NCBI RefSeq assembly: GCF_006345805.1
Contig: NC_042998.1
Span: forward strand, 78,492,001-78,556,000
Reading direction: 5' to 3'
Length of the DNA stretch: 64,000 nt
Origin: Octopus sinensis
Lineage: Eukaryota
Below the pieces are notes generated by a model, which had not been told where the DNA came from, ran no database searches, and was given only the letters and a program-made list of their open reading frames with translations. Shown here one piece after another: positions 36,911 to 49,327 of this stretch. Both the position numbers and the translations under genes were made by a program. The first letter of the stretch is position 1; each line of letters begins with the position of its first letter.

Positions 36911-37505
36911 ATCATGGCGATGCATAGACTGGCTCCATTTTTTCTCTGGGAATCCTTGCTTTTTGCGCATCATTTTCATCACCAATGTAGTTATCCCGGA
37001 TATAATATGTATAAAAGAAATTCCTTACCATAGATGTCGAAAAAGCAAGACACTAGTGCAGATTTAATGAAGTTTTTGTTTGTCTGTTTTTACACATGTA
37101 TATATGTATGCATGCTTTATTTATATATATATATGCGAATCTATGTTTGCACACATATCATTGAGTTACTAAATCTGTATGTTTTAATTTATCGAAGTGT
37201 ATAGGTTGTCTGCATGTGAGTGTCTGCACGTATGGTGTGTACATATAGTTTAGGATAAGCCTACGGAATGATTTATGTATTTTAAAAGTTCCATTAGTGG
37301 TGTGTAATTGTAATTTTCAAATGAGTTGTCAATTGTAGTTTTGCGAAGCCTAGATTCTCAAGTTCAGTATTGAAGCAGTTAGTGAAGTAACTAAGAACCT
37401 CAATAACCACAGGTATTAGTTTAAAGCTATAATTCGAATGTGGTGTCTCTAGGTTTCTTATAAGTTCACTATAGATAAAACAAATGGTTTCTTCATTGAT
37501 TATTA

Positions 37506-38004
37506 TTTATCGCCAAGCTAACATGGCAGTCTAGAGAAATAGGACGAATGCTACCGTTGATTAGCTCCGAGAGGCCATCGACCCTAGCTAGCTACGTGAC
37601 ACACAAATCTGTGTCCATTACAATCTTCGAAGAGGGGACATCATCAGCTTCCCCTTGCTGCTTCAACATCCACAGACCGGTTTCGGTGTATTTGTCCCTT
37701 ATCAATGTGGAGTGGCTGTTCGAGTGTTTATTTATATATATTCAGTGGAACAGATCCACTGATTTCTATTTTTGAAAATCAGTGGATGTGTTCCACTGAA
37801 TATATATAAATAAACACTCGAACAGGCAGTCAACAGCGACGCCTGCTGGGTTCAGCCACTCCACATTGATAAGGGACAAATACACCGAAACCGGTCTGTG
37901 GATGTTGAAGCAGCAAGGGGAAGCTGATGATGTCCCCTCTTCGAAGATTGTAACGGTAGCATTCGTCCTATTTCTCTAGACTGCCATGTTAGCTTGGCGA
38001 TAAA
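37506..38004. mobile_element. Foldback element (~499 bp, whole-length inverted repeat), probable TA TSD
   Basis: TA|TTTATCGCCAAGCTAACATGGCAG...CTGCCATGTTAGCTTGGCGATAAA|TA. The arms pair up to a ~10-nt loop at 37766-37775. Confidence 0.9.
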
Positions 38005-38221
38005 TATTAATACCCAGGACTGCTGCCGTAGTCTCCTTTAGAGAAATTTAGAAATAATGATATTTCTGTTTTCTTCACTTTTTACCGCTATCATTATATT
38101 AACGTCTACTTCATACATTCTTTTCCTAAACTCAGATAATTCCATCTGTATTCTTGCATATTATAGGCGAGTATAATTTGCACATAACTCTGATCGCTTT
38201 TGTTTTGATCTTCTGGATATA

Positions 38222-38438
38222 AGGCAATAAGCTGGCGGATGCGTTAGCGCCTCGGACAAAATGCTTAGCAGTATTTCTTCAGGCTCTTTACGTTCTGAAA
38301 TCAAATACCGCTGAAATCGATTTTGCCTTTAATCCTTCCTGGATCGATAAAATAAGTACCAGTTAAGCACTGGAATCAATATAATCGACTTATTCCCTCC
38401 CCTTGTACAGCTGGCTTAGTACCAAAATTTGAAACCAT
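38222..38438 (+). mobile_element. SINE family A, old-tail subtype
   Basis: AAGCTGGCGGATGCGTTAGCGCC head...TTGCCTTTAATCCTTCC...ACCAAAATTTGAAACC tail. Confidence 0.75.
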
Positions 38439-39449
38439 TTGGATTTTCAGGGCTATTCTGCTTACGAATTGCATTGCATAGGGTTTTCTCCACTACATCA
38501 GCTGTCGTACGTAAATAGTATCATGAAGGCTCTGTCGCAGTTGCTTGCCTGTACCTTCATAATTTTTTGTTGCAATCCAATTACTGGATCTCAAAAGCAT
38601 ACTCTCAAAGTGGGAGCTAATATAATGGTTGTTGGTCCAAAATAATATAATGGTTGTTGGTCCAAAATTTTTATGTTACTGTGTCTTTGAAGTTTTTTAT
38701 ATGTAATGTAGTTATCTTTTCATATGAATTCTTTCTATAAAGAAGGAGCTTGTTTCTAATAATTTATTTGGAATTTCTATTTAAAGAAAAAACAGTGAAA
38801 CGACACGTTAACTTCCTTTTTGTAAGCTTGCGTATTTTTACGACTTCGCTTACAGATTATATTTACAAAATTCGTATTAGGCGGTCACTTTTTTAACGTA
38901 AAGTTCCACAGCTTTTCAAGATTACCAGTTAGACATTTACTAATATAGCCAACTAAGAGTTCCAGTAATTATAGACATGATTGTACATTTATAATCCGAA
39001 TAGATAAAGTATAGATTTCGAAGAAGTTATACGTAAATATTCTCTTTCATAATCATTTTGAAAGAAAAATCTGCAGGACAGCTGACCTCTGTAACTGTGC
39101 ATAAGTTTTCCTTTCTCTCTTAAACAATATATCAGGCCTGTTTTGTTTGCACTTGGCAGAAGAATGTTCCGCTAATATTTCTTCTGCTAATGCATGTATA
39201 TGTCACGAGCAATAAAAGTGTTTTCTAAATTTATTCCAACCTACAGATGACATTCGATATTGTTTGAGTATCAACGTCATGCCATATTGGAAGGTAGCAA
39301 CTTAATGACATTATGAACGGTTGATTACATGTGTAATATCTTCCACGAGGATCTAAGTTTACTGACATTTTCGGTCGCGTTTTTGATGTATAATGGTTTG
39401 GCCCTCTTTTGTTCTTATGATATTCATAAACTATTTGGTACGTATGTCT

Positions 39450-40220
39450 TGCGGTGGGTTGCAAAGACAAGTGAGATGAAACATGATGTGATATAACAGT
39501 TAAGAGTTCAAGAAAATCTACACTTCCTGTCAGTGACAGTTTTATCCATAAATTTCCGGGAACCTATTCTATATAACTTTTATCTTTCAGTATGGAGATT
39601 GTTTCTCTTCCAGAGCATTGTTGAGGTATGCTTGTGCATCAATCTTAGTGTTATGTAGAAGGCTATCTGGAAATGAGCACTTCTTGAGAAGTCAATTATT
39701 GCCCCGTAGGATGTTGTTCCTTTCACTTTTGAGAACTTTTTCGTTGATATATTTATTTTTTGCTGATGCTGTTTGCTAAAGTTTGAGTGATATCATAAAA
39801 CATTTACTGTCTGTCTGTATTTACTTCAAGCCCATTTCCACGTTCTTTCCTTCTTAGAGAGAGCTTGTCAATGTCCCTTTTTCTGTGGAAGCTCATTGCT
39901 GGTATAAAGATCTTACAAATTTTAATATATATGGAGTGCCTTCCTCCCATAAATCAGTCAAGTATCTCAAATCCCGACATCAGTACCAATACTGTATTAT
40001 GAAATATTGTTGTGCTTCTTCTGTGGAACAGAGGAGACAAAGCGACCAGTGATATCAAACTTGGTGGGTCGGGGAAACATTTTCCGTGTTCAAATATAAG
40101 TATTTCTTTTGTTCAAATTCTATGCCCGGTATAAACCGAAAATGTTATTGAATCCAATTCTTGGCGCTTTAGATATTTCCCATAGAAACCTTTTGATCGT
40201 CCACAAATAATTTCTAGGTT
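39450..40220 (-). mobile_element. Heavily decayed R4/Dong/NeSL-like non-LTR relic
   Basis: SFHRKGDIDKLSLRRKERGNGLE (~39860-39930) resembles HPKxDxDRLYxxRKxGGRGL. Confidence 0.5.
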
Positions 40221-40295
40221 ACATTGATGGTTTTCACTGTAATAATAGACGCTAACTATTCGCTCTATGAAAATAAAGAAGAGAGGATTTAATGC

Positions 40296-40336
<41 letters not shown>

Positions 40337-41804
40337 GTGGATGTGTGTGTGAGTGTTACGTTGTTGTCAAGTCAAAAGTCTGATGTCTAGAGACCTTCTA
40401 CTGGTAACCATATATGTCAGTAAACGATGGTGGAGCCATCGGTAACTAAACCAGCAACCCCAGCTTATTTGGTATATGTGCGCCCTAAGGCCATCTAATA
40501 GAGTGTATATATACATGTGAAAGTATCAATCTATTTACAAGTTTTGTAAATGCATATTGGATAAGGATATATACTGACATGAAACCTGAATTGTTTGAAG
40601 TCAGTGGCTACCTTGCTTCATTTTTTTCTGCTCGTCGCTAGTTTAACGGCTTCTGTGACTATAAAATTGAATGTGTTGTTTCGTTTTGTGCCTTTTCCTA
40701 GCACAAGTCAAGGCTGAAAATTCTTAGAGCCACAAACAGATGGCTTTCGTTGAGGCAGTCGAACTATCATGCAGGTCAACGACAATGAAATACAACTTTT
40801 CTTTAGTTTCTTCGCTTGTAAAGAGCTCATACGGTGTACTATAGCTAAGAAATGTCACGATTCTCTGGTTGTTCGCGCAGCTGCACCCTTCTTTGAAGCT
40901 CCGTTGCAGTTTAAGGAGTGGAGTTTTGGTCTGACGCATAACTTCATCATCGTGGGAGATCAAGACACGAAAGCACTACGTCTTTAAAATGAAAGAAGTG
41001 AGGAGAGTAAAAAGTGTATTAGTTCAGGCGAGTTGTTGTTTATTTCCAGATCAACTCTAGTCGAGCAAACCCATGACCAAAAGCATTCTTGGCGTTTCCG
41101 TCTCCTTTTAAGCAGCATTTAGGGCAACATCATTTTATATGTCCCTTCCCTTCTTTTTAAGATAATATGGTGCTGATTTAAGGGTGTGCTGGCTGCTAAT
41201 TCTTGAATACCAACCAACTACATATAAGCTCGCTGTACTTTGCAAGCCATTACTATATCACTAATCGAATGAATTTGGAGGAGGCGAGTATATATTTGCT
41301 CTTTTTTGGAAAAAAGCCTAACATTTCCAAACTGCTATGTAAATCTGTTGCTAATCTACGATAATAGGCACAAATTAGAATTGATAGGGGAATACAAGAG
41401 CTAAAATTTGATACTATTTTATTTCCAAAACTTTTGACCAACCCTTTGATCCACTGGACAACTGATCTTTATAACAATACATATTTTTGTTCTCTGACCC
41501 ATAAAAAAATATCAAGTCTGTTTTATTTGTACCTGACTGTTGCATTTTTATTACAATATTCAAGCAGTATTCCTTATTCTGAAGCGATGGTTCTGGTTCT
41601 GGTTCTGGTCCTGGTTTCCATCAGGGCAATTCATTCGACACATGGTGCAGTAAAAAATATATTGGCAACAACACCATGTCTCTTTGGAAGGCAGTACCTT
41701 GCAGGCATTTTAGGATAACTACCAGTATTGTGGGTTCCACTCTAGTATGACAGTATCGTCATTATTTTTCTCACAATGTGGAGAGTTGTTAATCATGTAC
41801 TTAC

Positions 41805-42150
41805 CAATGGTTTCCTGTTTCTGAATATTGAAAGCATACCCTTCTATGTTAGATGCGATACATTTATTACAAACCCAGGAGGACCTACTTTTCCTGTCAG
41901 TGTTATTGGTACCTTCGCATATGGGAAAAGAATCCACGCATAGATTTCTGCTAATGTGAGTTTCTATTTCAAGATTTTCTAGTAGATTCATTACGTTTAG
42001 ATCACATAGAACGGTTAAATACTCGGAGTACTTATTCAGGGGTTCTTCGCGTACCTTCAAGATGTTATCGTTTTCATAGCTGAATACACGTGAGGTACAC
42101 ATTTCTCCCTGTTCAAATGGTGTTTTCTGAGACAATCCAGCATTCAAAGG
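41805..42150 (-). CDS. Candidate orphan coding exon (Cys-containing, product unknown)
   Basis: 143 codons without a stop (41722-42150), no simple-repeat content, begins right after an in-frame TAG (possible acceptor AG), and contains a phase-1 G|GTAAGT donor at 41805/41804. No family recognised. Confidence 0.35.
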
Positions 42151-42866
42151 CTATTTGGACTGAATTTATTTATATCTTTGCACTTAACGCTCTCTACCAT
42201 TTAACAATAACCTTGTCCATATCATGGTTGATACAGTAGTTGACTGCAATGTCAACTATTTTCCAGACTTGAGCTCCGAACCACGGATCTCAAATGTTGA
42301 TACAAGTACTGATACTGCAAGAGCATTTTGAGAAATGATCTTATTAAACTCGCTGTTTTCTATTCATTGTTTTAGCAACAGTCGTCAGAATTTCGTTTGT
42401 GATTTTAAATGTATGAGAAGAAACTGTACTCATCATGTACCCTGTCTAACCATTCTGTATCGTGACTGTGCTGCTTTTTTTTACATTCTAGATTCCTTCC
42501 CAGAATGACCGCTGGTTACCCCGGGGGGGGGGGTGACATTTACAACCATGATGGTGTGGTTAGCATGCTGCAAAATATTATTTGTAATTTAATGCAAATT
42601 TACGATTGTTAGTCCTACCTTACTCTTTTACTTGTTTCAGTCATTTGACTGCGGCCATGCTGGAGCACCTTCTTGTAGTTCTTATGATAAAGCTTTCACC
42701 TTAACGTTTATAGTTCATTTTTAAGGGCTATTTGTTTACCTGTAACGGTCTCCCGTCGACAGTTCCAGTAAATTTCAGATAGTCTGTCGCAAATTCGCAC
42801 GTGTGACTCGTAAATTCATTATTCGCTAAGTATATCATGATGTATGCACAGATGTACGGGCGTGTG

Positions 42867-42988
42867 GATGGATGGATGGATGGATGGATGGATGGATGGA
42901 TGGATGGATGGATGGGTGGATGGATGGATGGATGGATGGATGGATGGATGGATGGATGGATGGATGGATGGATGGGTGGATGGATGGA
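42867..42988. repeat. (GGAT)n microsatellite
   Basis: Direct reading. Confidence 0.95.
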
Positions 42989-43319
42989 CAACGGGCGTAG
43001 GCACCATTGTCTAGTTAAGCCCCGGTGTCTACTTACTTCGTTTCTACAAATGTCTTCTACCATAGCTTTGGGTAAACAAAGCATTATGAGTAGAATTTGG
43101 TAACAGGTAACTGTGGAAGCACATACAAAGTAACGTCCTTTTTCTCAGTTGTCATACTCAGTCGATTACCAGACTGTCTGGCCCTTCGATAACTTTGGTG
43201 GAGGCAACTCTGTCGTAAGGATTCAGGTAAGATCACCTGTCTCAGAGTAACTTCCTCTCTTCTCCCCACCAGTCACTGAAGCTTTGCATAGGGCCATAGG
43301 TATTTATTTGTATTTAGTT

Positions 43320-43540
43320 GTGTGTGTGTGTGTTTTGTCTGTATCCTCACCAAGACTTGACAGCCTTTGTTGACTTGTTTCTGTCACCGTACTTAGCAGT
43401 TCGACAAAAGAGGTCGATAGAATAATAACATACCTAAAAAATGAGTACTGCTGTCACTTTGTTTGACTAAACCTTTCAAGGTGATGTCCCAACATAGCAG
43501 TAGTTCAATAACTGAAACAAGTAAAAACTAAAAGATAAAA
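43320..43540 (+). mobile_element. SINE family B, 3' half
   Basis: CTTGACAGCC...ACTTAGCAGTTCGACAAAAGAG...CTGAAACAAGTAAAAACTAAAAGATAAAAAG. Confidence 0.7.
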
Positions 43541-43642
43541 AGCTGTGTGTGTGTGTGTGTGTGTGTTTCTGTGTGTGTGTGCGTATGTGTTGTTGTTGAC
43601 ATCATTAGAATTATAAACTTTCAAGAGAACGTGAAATAATTC

Positions 43643-43805
43643 TTTTTGGGAACAGTAGATCTCGAAGCAAGCATAAAGCTATTAATAGAAACATAAATAC
43701 TGGGTTGATAAACCTTGCTCGATAGAAAACGTCGATGGCTGTCGTGGGCAGCTACTACTTATAGCTTTATATTTGCTTCGAGATTCACAGTTCCCCGCCA
43801 AAAAA
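43643..43805. mobile_element. Small degenerate MITE (~45-bp inverted arms)
   Basis: GGGAACAGTAGATCTCGAAGCAAGCATAAAGCTAT versus the reverse complement GGGGAACTGTGAATCTCGAAGCAAATATAAAGCTAT. Confidence 0.6.
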
Positions 43806-44589
43806 AAAAAAAGAATTATATAAACTAAATAAGAATGATAAATTGGATTTTAAAGAGAGGCTCTACGTGGTTAACCGACCGTCTAGAAATAGCAACCACT
43901 CTACGGTCTTAAGAAAGGAATGTATTAGATAATGTATCCTACATACCTCTAAAAAAGCCAGGAAGGTCAGATTTGGAATGTCTTTTATTATCGGTTAACT
44001 CGTACAGGATTTATATGGAGCTAAATAACACCATTCACGTGCACACATTCCCGTACGGACTTATAAATAAACACAGACACAGCTGATTAATATACTTCAC
44101 ACCATCTTTTAAAATCGCGCCAAATTACATAAGAGACTAGAAACAGTAACAAAACCGATAGAAGCAGCAAGAATAGAAGCAATCAGACACAATAAAGTCT
44201 GCACATGACTATGTGCTTATACAACGCGTATGTGTGTGTAATATATATTTATTATATATATATATACACACAGGTATCTGTGTACGTGTGGTGTGTGTAC
44301 GTGTGGTGTGTGTGTGTGTGTGTGTATGTGTGCGTGTGTGCGCGCGCTTGTGATGGTTGCAAGGGAACATATCTGAGATGATTTTCTAAATATATATACA
44401 CGCACCCTGAAAGCATACGCATCAGTAGGTAGTCGTGTTCACATAGATACAAACGCACGTATACACACGCACACACACACACGCGCACACGCAAAACAGA
44501 CGCGCGCACGCGCACACGCACAAGTACATCTAAACGAAGATTGGTAACACATAGCAAACATACATTCCACTCACAAATAGACAGTCATA

Positions 44590-45130
44590 TTCACACAGCA
44601 ACACACACATGCACACATATTCATACATACACACAGGCACACACACATGCACACAATCATACATACACACACGCACACACTCGTACATACACAGTCACAC
44701 GCACACACTCATACATACACAGTCACACGCACACACTCATACATACACAGTCACACGCACACACTCATACATAAACAGTCACACACTCATACTTACACAC
44801 ACACGAGTACATACACACTCACACACGAGTACATACACACACATACACTCATACATACGAGCGCACACTCATACACACACACATGCACACACACACACAA
44901 TCGTACATATATATACACACACTCACATACACACTCATATACACACTCATACACACACTCGTACACACACACACATACATACATACATACATACACACAT
45001 ACATACATACATACATACATAAACATATACAACTCATACATACATACATACATACCTACATACATACATACATACATACATACATACATACATGCATACA
45101 TACATATTTATATACACACACACATACACA
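44590..45130. repeat. Cryptic CA/ACAT-rich simple repeat
   Basis: Direct reading. Includes short (CACGCACACACTCATACATACACAGTCA)-type units and (ACAT)n. Confidence 0.85.
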
Positions 45131-45490
45131 TTTACACCTGCGCACAAACATTAAGTCAGTCATACGAATACATTAACATACAGTAGCAACAACAAACACA
45201 CCAACAAAAATATAAAGATCAGCAGCAGCAGCAGCAACAACGGCAGCAGCAGCAGCAACAACAACGGCAGCAGCAGCAACAGCAGCAGCAGAAGCAGCAG
45301 CAAATCAGCAGTAGAGTAACGACAGCAGCACCAAACCAATATTTATTGATCTTAGCACGTGGTCTAACATCTTACGTCATAGTATATTGAAATGCACATG
45401 CGCGCAGACAGTCAAGCACCCCTCCTTTCACATATACATACACGCGAACTCAGATATACACATACACTCAGACATACTTTTTCACTCACA

Positions 45491-45529
<39 letters not shown>

Positions 45530-45635
45530 GTGTGTGTGCGTAGTGATATGAGAGAGAGATAAATATTTTTATGTCGAGTTATAAAAAACAATTTTACATT
45601 TAAACTGAAGAATCGCTCAATACTTTTTGTAGAGT

Positions 45636-48210
45636 ACACGCACGCGTGTACATATATACATAGATACATACTCACGCACGCGTGTACATATATACATAGA
45701 TACATACTCACGCACGCGTGTACATATATACATAGATACATACCCACACACGCGTGTACATATATACATAGATACATACTCACGCACGCGTGTACATATA
45801 TATACATAGATACACACTTACGCACGCGTGTACATATATACATAGATACATACTCACACACGCGTGTACATATATATACATAGATACATACTCACGCACG
45901 CGTGTACATATATATACATAGATACACACTCACGCACGCGTGTACATATATACATAGATACATACTCACACACGCGTGTACATATATACATAGATACACA
46001 CTCACACACGCGTGTACATATATACATAGATACACACTCACGCACGCGTGTACATATATATATATACATAGATACACACTGACGCACGCGTGTACATATA
46101 TACATAGATACACACTCACGCACGCGTGTACATATATACATAGATACATACTCACACACGCGTGTACATATATACATAGATACACACTCACGCACGCGTG
46201 TACATATATATACATAGATACATACTCACGCACGCGTGTACATATATATACATAGATACATACTCACGCACGCGTGTGAAGGTGGTTCTGTTGGGTAGAT
46301 ACACACTCACGCACGCGTGTACATATATACATAGATACATACTCACGTACGCGTGTACATATATATACATAGATACATACTCACGCACGCGTGTACATAT
46401 ATACATAGATACATACCCACACACGCGTGTACATATATACATAGATACATACTCACGCACGCGTGTACATATATATACATAGATACACACTTACGCACGC
46501 GTGTACATATATACATAGATATATACTCACACACGCGTGTACATATATATACATAGATACATACTCACGCACGCGTGTACATATATATACATAGATACAC
46601 ACTCACGCACGCGTGTACATATATACATAGATACACACTTACGCACGCGTGTACATATATACATAGATACACACTCACACACGCGTGTACATATATACAT
46701 AGATACACACTTACGCACGCGTGTACATATATACATAGATACACACTCACGCACGCGTGTACATATATATATACATAGATACACACTGACGCACGCGTGT
46801 ACATATATACATAGATACACACTCACGCACGCGTGTACATATATATACATAGATACATACTCACGCACGCGTGTACATATATACATGGATACATACTCAC
46901 GCACGCGTGTGAAGGTGGTTCTGTTGGGTAGATACACACTCACGCACGCGTGTACATATATGCATAGATACACACTCACACACGCGTGTACATATATACA
47001 TAGATACATACTCACGTACGCGTGTACATATATATACATAGATACATACTCACGCACGCGTGTACATATATATACATAGATACATACTCACGCACGCGTG
47101 TACATATATACATAGATACACACTCACGCACGCGTGTACATATATATACATAGATACACACTGACGCACGCGTGTACATATATACATAGATACACACACT
47201 CACGCACGCGTGTACATATATACATAGATACACACTTACGCACGCGTGTACATATATACATAGATACACACTCACACACGCGTGTACATATATACATAGA
47301 TACACACTCACGCACGCGTGTACATATATACATAGATACACACTCACGCACGCGTGTACATATATATATACATAGATACACACTGACGCACGCGTGTACA
47401 TATATACATAGATACACACTCACGCACGCGTGTACATATATATACATAGATACATACTCACGCACGCGTGTACATATATACATGGATACATACTCACGCA
47501 CGCGTGTGAAGGTGGTTCTGTTGGGTAGATACACACTCACGCACGCGTGTACATATATGCATAGATACACACTCACACACGCGTGTACATATATACATAG
47601 ATACATACTCACGTACGCGTGTACATATATATACATAGATACATACTCACGCACGCGTGTACATATATATACATAGATACATACTCACGCACGCGTGTAC
47701 ATATATACATAGATACACACTCACGCACGCGTGTACATATATATACATAGATACACACTGACGCACGCGTGTACATATATACATAGATACACACTCACGC
47801 ACGCGTGTACATATATACATAGATACATACTCACACACGCGTGTACATATATACATAGATACACACTCACGCACGCGTGTACATATATATACATAGATAC
47901 ATACTCACGCACGCGTGTACATATATACATGGATACATACTCACGCACGCGTGTGAAGGTGGTTCTGTTGGGTAGATACACACTCACGCACGCGTGTACA
48001 TATATGCATAGATACACACTCACACACGCGTGTACATATATACATAGATACACACTCACGCACGCGTGTACATATATACATAGATACACACTCACGCACT
48101 CGTGTACATATATATACATAAATACACACTGACGCACGCGTGTACATATATACATAGATACATACTCACGCACGCGTGTGCATATATACATAGGTACACA
48201 CTCACGTACA
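45636..48210. repeat. 36-40-bp satellite array (~2.6 kb, roughly 65-70 units) with higher-order structure
   Basis: Unit CACGCACGCGTGTACATATATACATAGATACACACT with a variable TA count. Four units carry the same 18-bp cassette. Confidence 0.95.
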
Positions 48211-48548
48211 CATATGAAGAAATACATGGAGTTGAAGCATCATCACTAAATTATGTTTATAAACGTAGCTGGATGCTGATATGTGACAGTTCTGATTAGA
48301 TTTTTTTTCAAATTAATCAATGGAAAAAGAGGCATCCATGACCTTTGTAGGTCTTCTGAAACGGTGAGAGCGATCAGTTTGAACTTCTGTTTGTCGACAT
48401 CATTCCCTATTTCAAGGGATCAACGGTTGTTGTTGCAGTGATAGAAAAAGAGTGCATTTATAAGTTGGTGGTTGTAGTGCATCGGTTAGTGGACCTTTAT
48501 GAATTAACATGCTGATCGTTTTCTTTTTCTAACGCCGTCTAAAGTGTA

Positions 48549-48960
48549 TATTTCTTTACTGCCCGCAAGGGGCCAAACATAAAGGGGACAAACAAGGACA
48601 GACAAAGGGATTAAGTCGTTAACATCGACCCCAGTGCGTAACTGGTACTTTATTTATCGACCCCGAAAGGATGAAAGGCAAAGTCGACCTCGGCGGAATT
48701 TGAACTCAGAATGTAACGACAGATGAAATACCTATTTCTTTACTACCCACAAGGGGCTAAACATAGAGGGGACAAACAAGGACAGACAAAGGGATTAGGT
48801 CGATTACATCGACCCCAGTGCGTAACTGGTACTTTATTTATCGACCCCGAAAGGATGAAAGGCAAAGTCGACCTCGGCGGAATTTGAACTCAGAATGTAA
48901 CGACAGATGAAATACTGCTAAGCATTTCACTCGGCGCGATAACGTTTCTGCCAGCTCGCC
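48549..48960 (-). mobile_element. SINE family A dimer (young tail)
   Basis: Junction AAAGAAATAG|GTATTTCATC at 48731/48732. Flanking AAAGTGT duplication (48541-48547, 48961-48967). Confidence 0.92.
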
Positions 48961-49142
48961 AAAGTGTTTGCATCTGTATCTACAATACCAACCTACATCG
49001 GTATTCTAATGTGTGGTTTGAAGATGAAGTGTTTCCTTGCTATGTGAAAGAAGCCTAGTCGTTGGTATTCAGATTTAGAACTATGTGAATCAAGCGTAAC
49101 TAGTTTGGCGACTGTGAGTTTTAGCATTTCTAAGGGCTTCAG

Positions 49143-49327
49143 CATGCCTGTCGCTAAGGATGGGGGGGTGCACAGGACACTACTGCCCCCTCACTATTCA
49201 ATGGTACACACTCAGGTTTATAGTGATACACTTATTTCGGAACTCCACTTTAGCATTTATTACAAATTAGTGCCCACCCAGAATATTCTGAAGCTCCCCC
49301 AGATATCAAAGTCTGGTGACGGGCCTA
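49143..49327. mobile_element. Small MITE (hAT-like termini), copy 2
   Basis: CATGCCTGTCGCTA / TGGTGACGGGCCTA. Homologous to 8527-8691 in the opposite orientation. Confidence 0.65.

Noticed and set aside
40724-40975. 79-83-aa minus-strand ORF (…FKEGCSCANNQRIVTF…) as a netrin-like domain exon
   Set aside because: Length is within chance expectation, its phase does not match the 41805 donor, and the similarity is limited to a CxC.
45636-48210. CRISPR-like array (36-bp partly palindromic repeat with occasional inserts)
   Set aside because: Units abut with no unique spacers, the four inserts are identical, there are no cas genes, and the context is eukaryotic. It is a satellite.
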